IMG/VR virus record: IMGVR_UViG_3300020457_000007
Location: 1 to 64,000 of that record
DNA length: 64,000 nucleotides
Strand: one strand, 5' to 3'
Origin: a virus
Taxonomy: Duplodnaviria; Caudoviricetes
The notes beneath the pieces are model-generated. The model was not told where the DNA came from. It made no database searches and saw only the letters and a program-made list of their open reading frames with translations. This document shows, piece by piece, positions 8,729 to 17,480 of the stretch (its first letter is position 1; the number at the start of each line of letters is the position of its first letter). The translations under genes and the position numbers were made by a program.

Positions 8729-10174
8729 TCACATAAGGTTGCGAACAAGAACACGTCTGTAGTACTGGTTTCTGCCAACACCGTTGGTTCCAAGAACATC
8801 CTCTCCAACAGCAGATCCGTCTGCCTTGAATACGAATGGGTTTGCTACGATTCCGTAACGAGTCTTGAATCCAATTTTTGGTTGGAAGGATCCTTGATCC
8901 ACTGCTCTTACCATCTGTAGGGGTACATATGGGCAGTAGAACATTCCAGCATCATAAGGAGATGAACCCTTATAGCCAGCAACATAGAAGTGGTCGTTAG
9001 CCAAGTTCGCTGAATATGGATCAACGTAAACTTTAACACCACCGTTAAGTGTTCCAACGAATGTATTACCTGTATCATCAGGTAGACCATTTGTTGATAG
9101 TGCAGGAGTATAATCTAGGACTCCAGCCATATTGAGTGCAGAAGCAACGTCAGCAGAACAAAGGATGAAGTTGCCCTTTCCTCTACGAGTTTGCTGTGCA
9201 ATAGCGTTTGCGTCTCTTTCGATCTGATAAATCAAACCTTTGAATTTCTCAACAGACCAACGACCATTACTGTCGGTGTCTAGGTTGAAGATTCCAGCAT
9301 TCGCTACGTTGTTTTGTGCTCCAACTTTTGCTTGGAGATAAACAGTTCTGATGACTTCTCTGTTAATTTCAGCAAGGATCTCAGAAGAGAGAATGTTTGC
9401 TAATTCAGTTTCAGCATCTAGACCGTGAATCGCCTTCAAGTCTTGAGCAAGTTCTAAGGTGTACTCTGCTTTCAAAGCACGTGATTTGGCAGTAACCGAT
9501 ACCTTATCGATTGTGAAAGCCATTTCACGGAAGTCTGGTGAACCTGAGGTTCCCAAAGCTTCTAGATAATCCCTTGCTGAACCACCTGTGTTCTCATAAC
9601 GGAAACCAGAACCAGATCCAGGATAGGTTGTAGAGTCGTTAAGAATTGCAGGGTTGTTACCTTCAGCAGTGTTAACAGCAGAAGCAGCTGCACCAGCACC
9701 TGTTCCACCACCACCTGGGTCAACGTTACCAGCTGTAGGATCATAAGCCGCTGCACCAGAAGCGTCTCCAACTGCGGAGAAACCTGGGTTAGGCTCATTG
9801 AATAATGCCTCAGCACCACTTCTGTCGTTGTAGTGTGAACGCATTGCGAAGATAAGTCCAGTAGGACCACTCATTGGCTGAACGCCACAAACATCGTAAG
9901 CAACGAGGTTTGGCATCGCACGACGGATCAAGCTGATTAGGATTGGATCGAATCCAGCTAGACCTGAAGAACCGTGAGAGGACTTAAGACCATCAGCACC
10001 AACAGAGTTGATAGGTGCTGCTTCGTTAAGCATATTGTGCTCTTCTTTAAGAGCTTTCTCTTGATTTTCTAGGATAGTTGCAGTAACCTGTTTACGATGA
10101 GAATCTTTAATTTCTGGAAGATCCTTATGTCCTAGGACAGGTGACCACTTCTCCTGTAATTGACGGGTGTCCAT
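8729..10174 (-). CDS. gp23: Major capsid protein
   Basis: DPILISLIRRAMPNL, VQPMSGPTGLIFAMR, KSRALKAEYTLELAQDLKAIHGLDAE, FQPKIGFKTRYG. Confidence 0.99.
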   Translation of the reverse strand: MDTRQLQEKWSPVLGHKDLPEIKDSHRKQVTATILENQEKALKEEHNMLNEAAPINSVGADGLKSSHGSSGLAGFDPILISLIRRAMPNLVAYDVCGVQPMSGPTGLIFAMRSHYNDRSGAEALFNEPNPGFSAVGDASGAAAYDPTAGNVDPGGGGTGAGAAASAVNTAEGNNPAILNDSTTYPGSGSGFRYENTGGSARDYLEALGTSGSPDFREMAFTIDKVSVTAKSRALKAEYTLELAQDLKAIHGLDAETELANILSSEILAEINREVIRTVYLQAKVGAQNNVANAGIFNLDTDSNGRWSVEKFKGLIYQIERDANAIAQQTRRGKGNFILCSADVASALNMAGVLDYTPALSTNGLPDDTGNTFVGTLNGGVKVYVDPYSANLANDHFYVAGYKGSSPYDAGMFYCPYVPLQMVRAVDQGSFQPKIGFKTRYGIVANPFVFKADGSAVGEDVLGTNGVGRNQYYRRVLVRNLM

Positions 10175-10215
10175 CTTTAATTACTAGAATAGATTAATGG
10201 GTTATAATTTAAAAA

Positions 10216-11304
10216 TCACTTAACAGCGTTTCCGATTGCATTCAGATATGCTTGCATAACTGGTGCGTACTCGGTGCTGACACCTTCAAGTGGCTCTTCT
10301 TTTACTTCTTCAGCAACTTGTGCTTTCTCAGTAAAGTATGATCCCTTGATTGTGGTTAGTTTTTCTCTGTAGGATGACTCATCCTTAAAGGTTACAGCTT
10401 CAGCAAGATCAGCGAACTTCTCTTTCTGTGTATCTGTAAGTCCTTCACTCATTTCGGAGACAATGCCTCCTCTAACTTGAGTAGAGATTTGTTTTGACAA
10501 TTTCACGTTCGCATCAATCTGTTCATTGAGGCGGTCTTCCATTTCACGAAGCGAAGTGTTCATAGATTCTAGAACATCTTCTTTGCCCTCAGGCACGTCA
10601 ATATAGTGCTCTTCAAAGAGTCCCTTCAGACCTTTGATGAACGACTCAGTGATCTCAACTTTGAGACCAGTGTCAATAGCAACTTGATTCTCTTCTAGCC
10701 AACGCTGAGAAGTATACTTCAAGATACCATCAACTTCTTCGGCCAAGGATGCCCGAACTTTCTCGGTATTCTCGGCAAGCTTTTCGCTATACTGCACTTC
10801 GAGTTCTTCAACAATAGAAACAACTTTACTCTTTACTGCTGCTTCAAAAATTGTTGATGCTTTCTTCAAGAACTCTTCTGTCAGTTCTTCTCCTTCGGAG
10901 AGTGCCTTAACGTCAGCACTTAGATCTACATCGATATCTTCTTTCTTAGTACCGTATGTGATCTTGTCAGCAAGCTTAGGATCTGATCCAGATGGCTCGT
11001 CTTTACCACCACCAGTTTGAGCATCGCTCACACCGTCCTTGGTAGCATTCTTATCCAACTTGTTGGAGTCATCTTGCGGATGATTATGTGTGGGAGTAGG
11101 TCCACCTAAATCTTGGATTGCCTGACCAGGCACCAATGAAGGATCTACTTTACCTGAAGCCTGATCACCTGCTGCTGCCTTGGCGTTAACCGCAGTCTTG
11201 CTTTGGGTGGATGGGGCTACTGGTTCGCTCCCAGGAACTGTTGCACTAGGAAGTCCAGCTTCACTAATAAGTTCCTCAAACTTTTCGTTCAAAATTTCGG
11301 ACAT
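10216..11304 (-). CDS. gp22: Prohead core scaffolding protein
   Basis: KASTIFEAAV, WLEENQVAI, LFEEHYIDVPE, C-terminal MQAYL; located before gp23. Confidence 0.93.
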   Translation of the reverse strand: MSEILNEKFEELISEAGLPSATVPGSEPVAPSTQSKTAVNAKAAAGDQASGKVDPSLVPGQAIQDLGGPTPTHNHPQDDSNKLDKNATKDGVSDAQTGGGKDEPSGSDPKLADKITYGTKKEDIDVDLSADVKALSEGEELTEEFLKKASTIFEAAVKSKVVSIVEELEVQYSEKLAENTEKVRASLAEEVDGILKYTSQRWLEENQVAIDTGLKVEITESFIKGLKGLFEEHYIDVPEGKEDVLESMNTSLREMEDRLNEQIDANVKLSKQISTQVRGGIVSEMSEGLTDTQKEKFADLAEAVTFKDESSYREKLTTIKGSYFTEKAQVAEEVKEEPLEGVSTEYAPVMQAYLNAIGNAVK

Positions 11305-11350
11305 CGGGGTTGACCTCTGTTAAGCTTTTATACTGTTTATGTCTAAGAGT

Positions 11351-11358
11351 TATTTATA
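11351..11358 (-). promoter_or_regulatory. T4 late promoter TATAAATA for gp22-gp23
   Basis: Exact consensus. Confidence 0.8.
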
Positions 11359-11360
11359 AA

Positions 11361-12008
11361 TCAGAGAGTTCCAAGGAAGTTCTGGAACACCTTGAGTTTC
11401 CGTGCCTCTAGATCACGGAGCTCACTTTCGGAGATGAACTTATGATATTTAGCAACTTTCTCCTCCTTAACAACGCCGTTAACCCAGGCCCACTCTTTAC
11501 CTTCCATAATGCCATCAACGAAAGCATCAGGTGCGGAGGGGTCGGCAACGATGTCAGCAGCAGTAGCTAGCATAAAGTCGTCTCTTACGAAGGAAGTACC
11601 TTCTCTTTTATCTACAGTACCTAAACCTCTAGAAGAAACTCCAAGACGTACACCTTCATCTAATAGATTCTGTGCAATCTTACCCATAGGTGTGCCAAGG
11701 ATTCTTGCCTTACCTACGAAGTTATTACCTTCTTTGCGGAGGGAAACGATTCTGTGAGATACCCTATCTAAGTTAATAGTAGGACCATCGGGGTGACCAA
11801 GCTCACCGACAGCACGATCTCTATTGACGTGCTCTTCGATGTACTTATTTACTTCACGCTCAAGAATGTTAATAGGGTATACCCTGTTATTACGATTCTT
11901 AAGTTCGCCTTGTAAAAAGACACCTTCAATATACTGGGACTTCTTACCGTTCTTGGTTTCAGTCAGGTAGTTAAGACCTTCAGTTAGTGTTTCCGATATC
12001 AGTTTCAT
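11361..12008 (-). CDS. gp21: Prohead protease
   Basis: GELGHPDGP, GVSSRGLG, DIVADPSAPDAFV. Confidence 0.97.
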   Translation of the reverse strand: MKLISETLTEGLNYLTETKNGKKSQYIEGVFLQGELKNRNNRVYPINILEREVNKYIEEHVNRDRAVGELGHPDGPTINLDRVSHRIVSLRKEGNNFVGKARILGTPMGKIAQNLLDEGVRLGVSSRGLGTVDKREGTSFVRDDFMLATAADIVADPSAPDAFVDGIMEGKEWAWVNGVVKEEKVAKYHKFISESELRDLEARKLKVFQNFLGTL

Positions 12009-12273
12009 CAGTTTTTGGTTCTGAGTTGTTTTCTGGTTCTACAGAAGATGGTGTGCCAGGAGCTTCATCATCTACTGGTGTTTCATTAGGAGCATCTGGA
12101 AGTTCCATATCTCCAAAATATGACTTAGCTAGTACATCAGAGTATTGATCTAATGTCTCAGCCGACTTCCCATACATTAAGTTGTTGATAGCATCAACAG
12201 CAGCTGCACGGTTGCCATCAGCGATAGCATCTACAGCCGCACGTGCGGAAGTTTCTGGTGTAACTTTGTCCAT
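11980..12273 (-). CDS. Small acidic prohead core-like protein (gp67/gp68 position)
   Basis: Lies between gp20 and gp21, has an acidic tail, and is preceded by CTAAATA at 12293-12299. Confidence 0.7.
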   Translation of the reverse strand: MDKVTPETSARAAVDAIADGNRAAAVDAINNLMYGKSAETLDQYSDVLAKSYFGDMELPDAPNETPVDDEAPGTPSSVEPENNSEPKTDETDIGNTN

Positions 12274-12295
12274 AATAATCAGAATATATTTTTAT

Positions 12296-13870
12296 TTAGC
12301 GTTCTAAGGAACTTGTGTCCTCAGTTGGCTGGTTTTCTGGGAGTATTGCATCAATTGGAACGATGCTTGGTATCAATCCAGAAGCACGTTCTTTCTTAAT
12401 TTCTGCTTCTATCTCTAACCTTTCCGTATCAGTTTGCTGTAGAATCTTCTTCTTAATATTCTCAGCACTGAAGTAGCGTCCAATGTAAGGTTCCATCTTG
12501 ACAACTAAGTCAAGGCGGTTGTTCATTAGCTCCGCATCTTTCAGTTCATTGAAATGATTGTCGAAGAGATAGTCATACTGAATATGCTCTCTCATCTCTT
12601 CCCACTCTTCGAGAGAGATAACTCTCTTAAGAACGAGTTGAGTCTTTAAAAGATCATCAAACAGAACAGAAAACTTTTTACGCAAGCGACCGACGAACTT
12701 GGAAAATTTAAGTTCGTCACGAAGAATTTCATTACTTCTTCCGAGACTAAATCCTTTTTCTCCATCGAGTCTACTGGGGGGTAAGTTGAGCGACTTGAAA
12801 AGTTTGGTACGGAAGTACTCCACATCCTTTAACTCACCAAGGTTTTGCCCACCAGGAAGAGTAGAGATCTCTGTGCCTCTACCACCCTCTCTGCGTGGTA
12901 ACCAGAAATCCTCAAGCATCGACATATGCTTTTTGTCATCTCTGATTTCACCAGTGTTAGCATCGTATACAAGTTTGTTACGATACCTATTCATTACATC
13001 ACGGAGGTATTGTTCCGCTTTTTGTTTTGGCAGGTTACCTACGTCAATGTAGAATATCCTACGCTCTGGAGCACGGGACAGTCTATAAATGACAAGTGCA
13101 TCCTCAATCATCCTAAGTTGATTGAGTGACTTGATAGCCTTATGTAAAAACGATAGTGTAATCTTTTGGTTTAGATCCTGTAGACCAGAATCTACGTGAG
13201 CAATAGAATCCTCTGCCATACGAATGCCCTTTTGCTCAGGACCATTCATATTGAGGAATCCTTTTGGATTGTAGATGTAGTATTCTTCGTGCTTACCGAA
13301 ATCTAAATCCAATACGGTAGGTTCTTTACCTGACCTCTTTGCTTCATTAGGATCTTTCTTATCCCTTAGTTCTCTTACCTTCTTTATTTTAAGCGGATCG
13401 ATATACCTAAGTTCCGTTATACCCAACTTGGGGTTAGCAAGATCGATCACCTTATGGTAGTGAAGTCTACCATCAATATACCAACGACGAAATATTTCGT
13501 GAGCTCTTTGCTCAAAACCTAATAGACGCTTGCAATTTTCAAACTCTTCTCGTATCTTAGTCTTAATACCCTCACCTACATTCAGATTAGATAGTTCTAT
13601 CTGTACGGGTGTATCATCAAGATCAGATATAATAGCTTCGTTAACTACTTCATCAATAGCTGTATCCACTTCTGGATGCAAAGCCATATCACGATAGCGG
13701 CGTATCAACTGGTACTCGTTACGAGATGATGCACCGCCATCTAGGTCTACATATTGTCCAAAGTAACCACCAGCAATTGTGGTGATTGAATCATCTTGAC
13801 TTGGAGGGATTGGGGATTGACCCTTAGGTCCCTCCTTTCTCTTAATAGAGAATCCAAATAATTGTGCCAT
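12296..13870 (-). CDS. gp20: Portal vertex protein
   Basis: IYRLSRAPERRIFYIDVGNLPK, EDFWLPRREGGRGTEISTLPGGQNLG. Confidence 0.99.
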   Translation of the reverse strand: MAQLFGFSIKRKEGPKGQSPIPPSQDDSITTIAGGYFGQYVDLDGGASSRNEYQLIRRYRDMALHPEVDTAIDEVVNEAIISDLDDTPVQIELSNLNVGEGIKTKIREEFENCKRLLGFEQRAHEIFRRWYIDGRLHYHKVIDLANPKLGITELRYIDPLKIKKVRELRDKKDPNEAKRSGKEPTVLDLDFGKHEEYYIYNPKGFLNMNGPEQKGIRMAEDSIAHVDSGLQDLNQKITLSFLHKAIKSLNQLRMIEDALVIYRLSRAPERRIFYIDVGNLPKQKAEQYLRDVMNRYRNKLVYDANTGEIRDDKKHMSMLEDFWLPRREGGRGTEISTLPGGQNLGELKDVEYFRTKLFKSLNLPPSRLDGEKGFSLGRSNEILRDELKFSKFVGRLRKKFSVLFDDLLKTQLVLKRVISLEEWEEMREHIQYDYLFDNHFNELKDAELMNNRLDLVVKMEPYIGRYFSAENIKKKILQQTDTERLEIEAEIKKERASGLIPSIVPIDAILPENQPTEDTSSLER

Positions 13871-13880
13871 AATAAGGTGT

Positions 13881-13907
13881 AATACCTTTTCCTATAAAGG
13901 TATTTAG
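13881..13907 (-). promoter_or_regulatory. Late promoter CTAAATA overlapping an inverted repeat, upstream of gp20
   Basis: CTAAATA at 13901-13907; AATACCTTT/AAAGGTATT inverted repeat at 13881-13904. Confidence 0.55.
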
Positions 13908-13912
13908 TCAAT

Positions 13913-14503
13913 CTAATTTATGCCGTTATCGTACTCTTCAGGGTTGTCACCTGCTGTCCAGTACTGAACTTGGAACTCAACAGTGAATTCTTCGATCTGA
14001 TCATTGCTATCATATGCAAGATCAATCTGTGAAATCTGTGTTGGGAAACATCCCCAGAGCTTATAAGACTTAACGTAGTTGTCCTGACGATCTTCGCCAT
14101 TACGTCCTAGTTGATGTACTACAAGATCCTTTGTGTATCCAGTTCCACCACCATCAGGATTAACCAATGCAGCAACGTTATCTTCGTGTGCGTTGATTGC
14201 CTGTAGCCATCCTTCAAAGAGATTACGTAGTCTGAAGTTAGTATCGTTGATGATAGTAACTGACCAAGTGTCAAAGGTTCTGTCTCCAGCAACCTTAACT
14301 ACTCTTCCACGGAAAGGAACATCGATAACTCCTAGGTTAGAGGCAGGAAGTGCTGCACTCTTACATAGGAATGATCCAAGTTCTCTGTCTGACTGTGATA
14401 CACCTAATCCAGCAGGCCAATCTAATTTGACCCTAAACAGATTAGGTTTAACTCCACTCCTTACTTTTGAGAGGAAGTCCTTTACATTACTTGTGACTGC
14501 CAT
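13913..14503 (-). CDS. gp19: Tail tube protein
   Basis: PFRGRVVKVAGDRTFDTWSVT, IEEFTVEFQVQYW. Confidence 0.97.
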   Translation of the reverse strand: MAVTSNVKDFLSKVRSGVKPNLFRVKLDWPAGLGVSQSDRELGSFLCKSAALPASNLGVIDVPFRGRVVKVAGDRTFDTWSVTIINDTNFRLRNLFEGWLQAINAHEDNVAALVNPDGGGTGYTKDLVVHQLGRNGEDRQDNYVKSYKLWGCFPTQISQIDLAYDSNDQIEEFTVEFQVQYWTAGDNPEEYDNGIN

Positions 14504-14525
14504 TTGCTATTGACCTCTGTAAATT

Positions 14526-14532
14526 TATTTAG
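14526..14532 (-). promoter_or_regulatory. Late promoter CTAAATA for gp19
   Basis: Intergenic TAAATA core. Confidence 0.6.
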
Positions 14533-14545
14533 CGGGAGTGAATCT

Positions 14546-16729
14546 CTATCTACCTACAATCTCATCGAAACTTACGCCAGTACGGGTAGCAACGAATGTA
14601 ATTGTAATAAAGTTGATAGAACGAGAAGGCTTGAGGTATATCTCAGCAACAAACTCGTTGCGATCTATGACATCGCCTGTGTTGTTTGTCTCGTCGCAGA
14701 TTACGAGGTAGTCAGTTAGACCACGACGTGCTTGAATCTCACGGAGATAACCACCAACAGCGTTAGCGAAGGATGAACGTGTAACGTCATCGTTTAGATC
14801 AAAGAGAACATTCTTAGCGAGGTTCTCAACTTGCTTCTCGACAACCAAGAACAGACGACGAACGTTAATTCTATCGAATGCACTAGGTGTGCTGAGTGCA
14901 GTCTTGTCTCCAAAGAGAACAGTACCACGACCCTCGAAGCTAGAAATTGGGTTTACACGTGCTTGATATAACTTGTCTCTATCAGACTTAGCAGGTGTGT
15001 ATGCTAGTTTGATTACGTTACGGATGTTACCTCTGTTAAATCCAGCTGGTGAGAACCAAGGATCTAGGTCATTAGCGGTTTGAACAGCCAAGCCAGCAAC
15101 ATCACCATTGCAAGGTACGTAGCGATAGGTATCATTGAATCTGTCGTAGATGTACTTCCAACCAGAATCAAATACTGCATAAGATGTAGAAGAACCAACT
15201 CCATCAAAGAAGTCAATTACATTGTCTCTCTGTGCATCTGTGCTAGTAGCAAGTGTACCGATGACTGCACCCTTATAAGGTGAGACAAACGCCATACAAT
15301 CCTTACGTGCAGAAGCAATGTTAACAACCTTCTGTGCTACAGAGATTGAATCTACTCTGGTAGATAGAAGAGGACCAGCAATGATAAAGTCTAGGTTGAT
15401 TGATTCAGTGTCTGCAAATAGATCATAACCACCGTTAAGATCACCAGCAGTAACAGAGTAACCATCAACACCACCAGCAAATGTATATGCTTGGTATCCT
15501 AGGATTGTGTAGTTGGTTCCACTTTGAATTCCACTTCCCCACGCAGCAGTGGTATATCCACCGTATGAAGCAGTTGTGTTAGTTACGTCGTGCTTACCCC
15601 ACCATAGGTAAGTAGAAGCGAAGCGAATGATATTAGCGTAGTAGTTGTCTGCACCTTCTGTAGTCTGTGAATCAGCAGACTTAGATACGTTTTGGAACTT
15701 CTCAAGAACTGTATTCTTAGTACCAGAGATTGCACCAGTAGCATCTAGAACAACAATACTTAGTTCGTCATACTTAGAACCGAAGTTAGAAGCGTATGTA
15801 GATGTACCAGGTCTTGAAACAAGAGTGTTCCAGTTGATGTCTGTACCAGAAACTTTAACTGCATCCCACCACTTAGAAGAAGCAGTAACGTTTACAGCAG
15901 CAAGTTCGTATACAGTACCATTGTCAAGATGATCAGCAGCTGTGGTACCAAACTGTGCACGATCAACTGAGAGTTGAGGAGCAGAAGCAGTATCGGTTAC
16001 CTTAACAATTTCTCCACCACTAAGTTGTAGATACTCACCAGTAGCAATACCAGTAGCAGATGTAACTGTGATAGTTGCAGCAGCTGCAGCTACAGCACCG
16101 TCAAGTGTTGTGTTTGTAGCACCTGTGTTCTGGATAAGAAGGTTACCAGTACCTACTACGAGGTTACCGTTAGTTTCAAATACTTTAAGAGCAGTACCAC
16201 CAGCAGGATCTACGAATAATTTACCAGTAACACCGTTGTCTTGGTATACAGTAGTACCAGCAGCAGCAGTTGTAGCTGCACTTACAGTTAGATCGAAGTC
16301 ATAACCGTGGTCTACTACGTGAACGCTGATGTTGTTTCCGTAAGAACCAGCATACTTAGCACCGTAGTGAAAACTTTGTGCACCATCGAAATGATTGGTA
16401 GCATAGTCTGTGTCACTTTCTATCAGTACAGCAGAAGCACTATCAGTAACAGCGTTCTTTAGATTGCTGTCTCCAATACGTACAACCTGTAGCTGTCCAC
16501 CGTATGAAAGGAAGTTTGTTGCGGTGAACCAAAACTCTGCGTTGTCTGAGTTTGGCTTACCAAAATATTCTAGAAGCGATTTCTCATTGGTGATATTCAC
16601 CATCTGATTCACTGGACCTCTCTCGAACGGTCCAACTAATGCTCCAACGTTATCAATTGTTGAGTCTATACGAGCGTTAGTAAGGTCACGTTCCTTAATA
16701 ACGACTCCAGGTGATACTTGCCCTGCCAT
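14546..16729 (-). CDS. gp18: Tail sheath protein
   Basis: SPGVVIKERD, PWFSPAGFNRG, SAFDRINVRRLF, KPSRSINFITITFVATRTGV. Confidence 0.98.
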   Translation of the reverse strand: MAGQVSPGVVIKERDLTNARIDSTIDNVGALVGPFERGPVNQMVNITNEKSLLEYFGKPNSDNAEFWFTATNFLSYGGQLQVVRIGDSNLKNAVTDSASAVLIESDTDYATNHFDGAQSFHYGAKYAGSYGNNISVHVVDHGYDFDLTVSAATTAAAGTTVYQDNGVTGKLFVDPAGGTALKVFETNGNLVVGTGNLLIQNTGATNTTLDGAVAAAAATITVTSATGIATGEYLQLSGGEIVKVTDTASAPQLSVDRAQFGTTAADHLDNGTVYELAAVNVTASSKWWDAVKVSGTDINWNTLVSRPGTSTYASNFGSKYDELSIVVLDATGAISGTKNTVLEKFQNVSKSADSQTTEGADNYYANIIRFASTYLWWGKHDVTNTTASYGGYTTAAWGSGIQSGTNYTILGYQAYTFAGGVDGYSVTAGDLNGGYDLFADTESINLDFIIAGPLLSTRVDSISVAQKVVNIASARKDCMAFVSPYKGAVIGTLATSTDAQRDNVIDFFDGVGSSTSYAVFDSGWKYIYDRFNDTYRYVPCNGDVAGLAVQTANDLDPWFSPAGFNRGNIRNVIKLAYTPAKSDRDKLYQARVNPISSFEGRGTVLFGDKTALSTPSAFDRINVRRLFLVVEKQVENLAKNVLFDLNDDVTRSSFANAVGGYLREIQARRGLTDYLVICDETNNTGDVIDRNEFVAEIYLKPSRSINFITITFVATRTGVSFDEIVGR

Positions 16730-16770
16730 TTAATTACCTCTCCGAATGAAGATCCAGATTTGTCTAAATT

Positions 16771-16778
16771 TATTTATC
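16771..16778 (-). promoter_or_regulatory. Late promoter GATAAATA for gp18
   Basis: Intergenic TAAATA core. Confidence 0.55.
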
Positions 16779-16814
16779 TAAACCTGATGTTTCAGTGGGG
16801 AAACGATGCGTGAA

Positions 16815-17039
16815 CTACCAGTCAGGGTATGATTCGTTTGGCGACTTATCCTTTCTTCTCTCTCGTATTCTTTTAATAGTACAGACCTTACATTCATATG
16901 AGTAAGACGAAGCAAGTTTACCTCTAGCTTTTCTAGTAAGGTAGAAGTCCTCTATCAAACTTTTCTCTTCTCCACATACTCTACAGCACCTTGTCTTAAA
17001 GACTAGGTGATCTACCGAGAACTCCTTATCAAATTCCAT
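16815..17039 (-). CDS. Small zinc-finger protein (CxxC...CxxC), endonuclease N-terminus-like
   Basis: CRVCGEEK...DFY...SYECKVC. Confidence 0.75.
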   Translation of the reverse strand: MEFDKEFSVDHLVFKTRCCRVCGEEKSLIEDFYLTRKARGKLASSYSYECKVCTIKRIRERRKDKSPNESYPDW

Positions 17040-17335
17040 TATGATACTTTACCACCTGGAAGATATCCATCGTGATTAGGATCACATTTCTCCACCCAAT
17101 TAAATCCACTACCTTCAGGGTAGATATATTTTCCATTCTCATCAAAGTTTGGACCTACCTTCTTTGCAGGGTATTTGGGATAAGGTATTTTCCCTGCTCT
17201 CATCTCATTACCTTTTCTTCTTCTTAACTGATTACCAGTCTCGTGATCCTCAGGCATTTGTGGCCAAGAAGTTCCTAAGAGTCTTTTAATATCTTCTTTG
17301 GTGTACCCGTTAGGGTGTTTATCATTGGAAGTCAT
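17039..17335 (-). CDS. Hypothetical protein
   Basis: ORF track 17039..17347; ATG at 17335 preferred; coupled to neighbours. Confidence 0.7.
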   Translation of the reverse strand: MTSNDKHPNGYTKEDIKRLLGTSWPQMPEDHETGNQLRRRKGNEMRAGKIPYPKYPAKKVGPNFDENGKYIYPEGSGFNWVEKCDPNHDGYLPGGKVS

Positions 17336-17480
17336 ATTGATTCTCACTTATAAAATCAAGGTAAGCATACCAGTCCTTTCGTTCACACCCATTGTTTATA
17401 GCATCATACATTAGATCAACAGTATTGTGATGAGGAAATATAGGATGCTTACAGGTGTATTCGGGTACAACAAATGTCAT
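17322..17480 (-). CDS. Small hypothetical protein, 52 aa (MTFVVPEYTCKHPIFPHHNTVDLMYDA...)
   Basis: Manual translation; TAATG coupling to the gp17 stop. Confidence 0.6.
   Translation of the reverse strand: MTFVVPEYTCKHPIFPHHNTVDLMYDAINNGCERKDWYAYLDFISENQYDFQ

Noticed and set aside
9590-9780. Gly/Ala-rich stretch in gp23
   Set aside because: It falls in the known variable insertion region of T4-like major capsid proteins.
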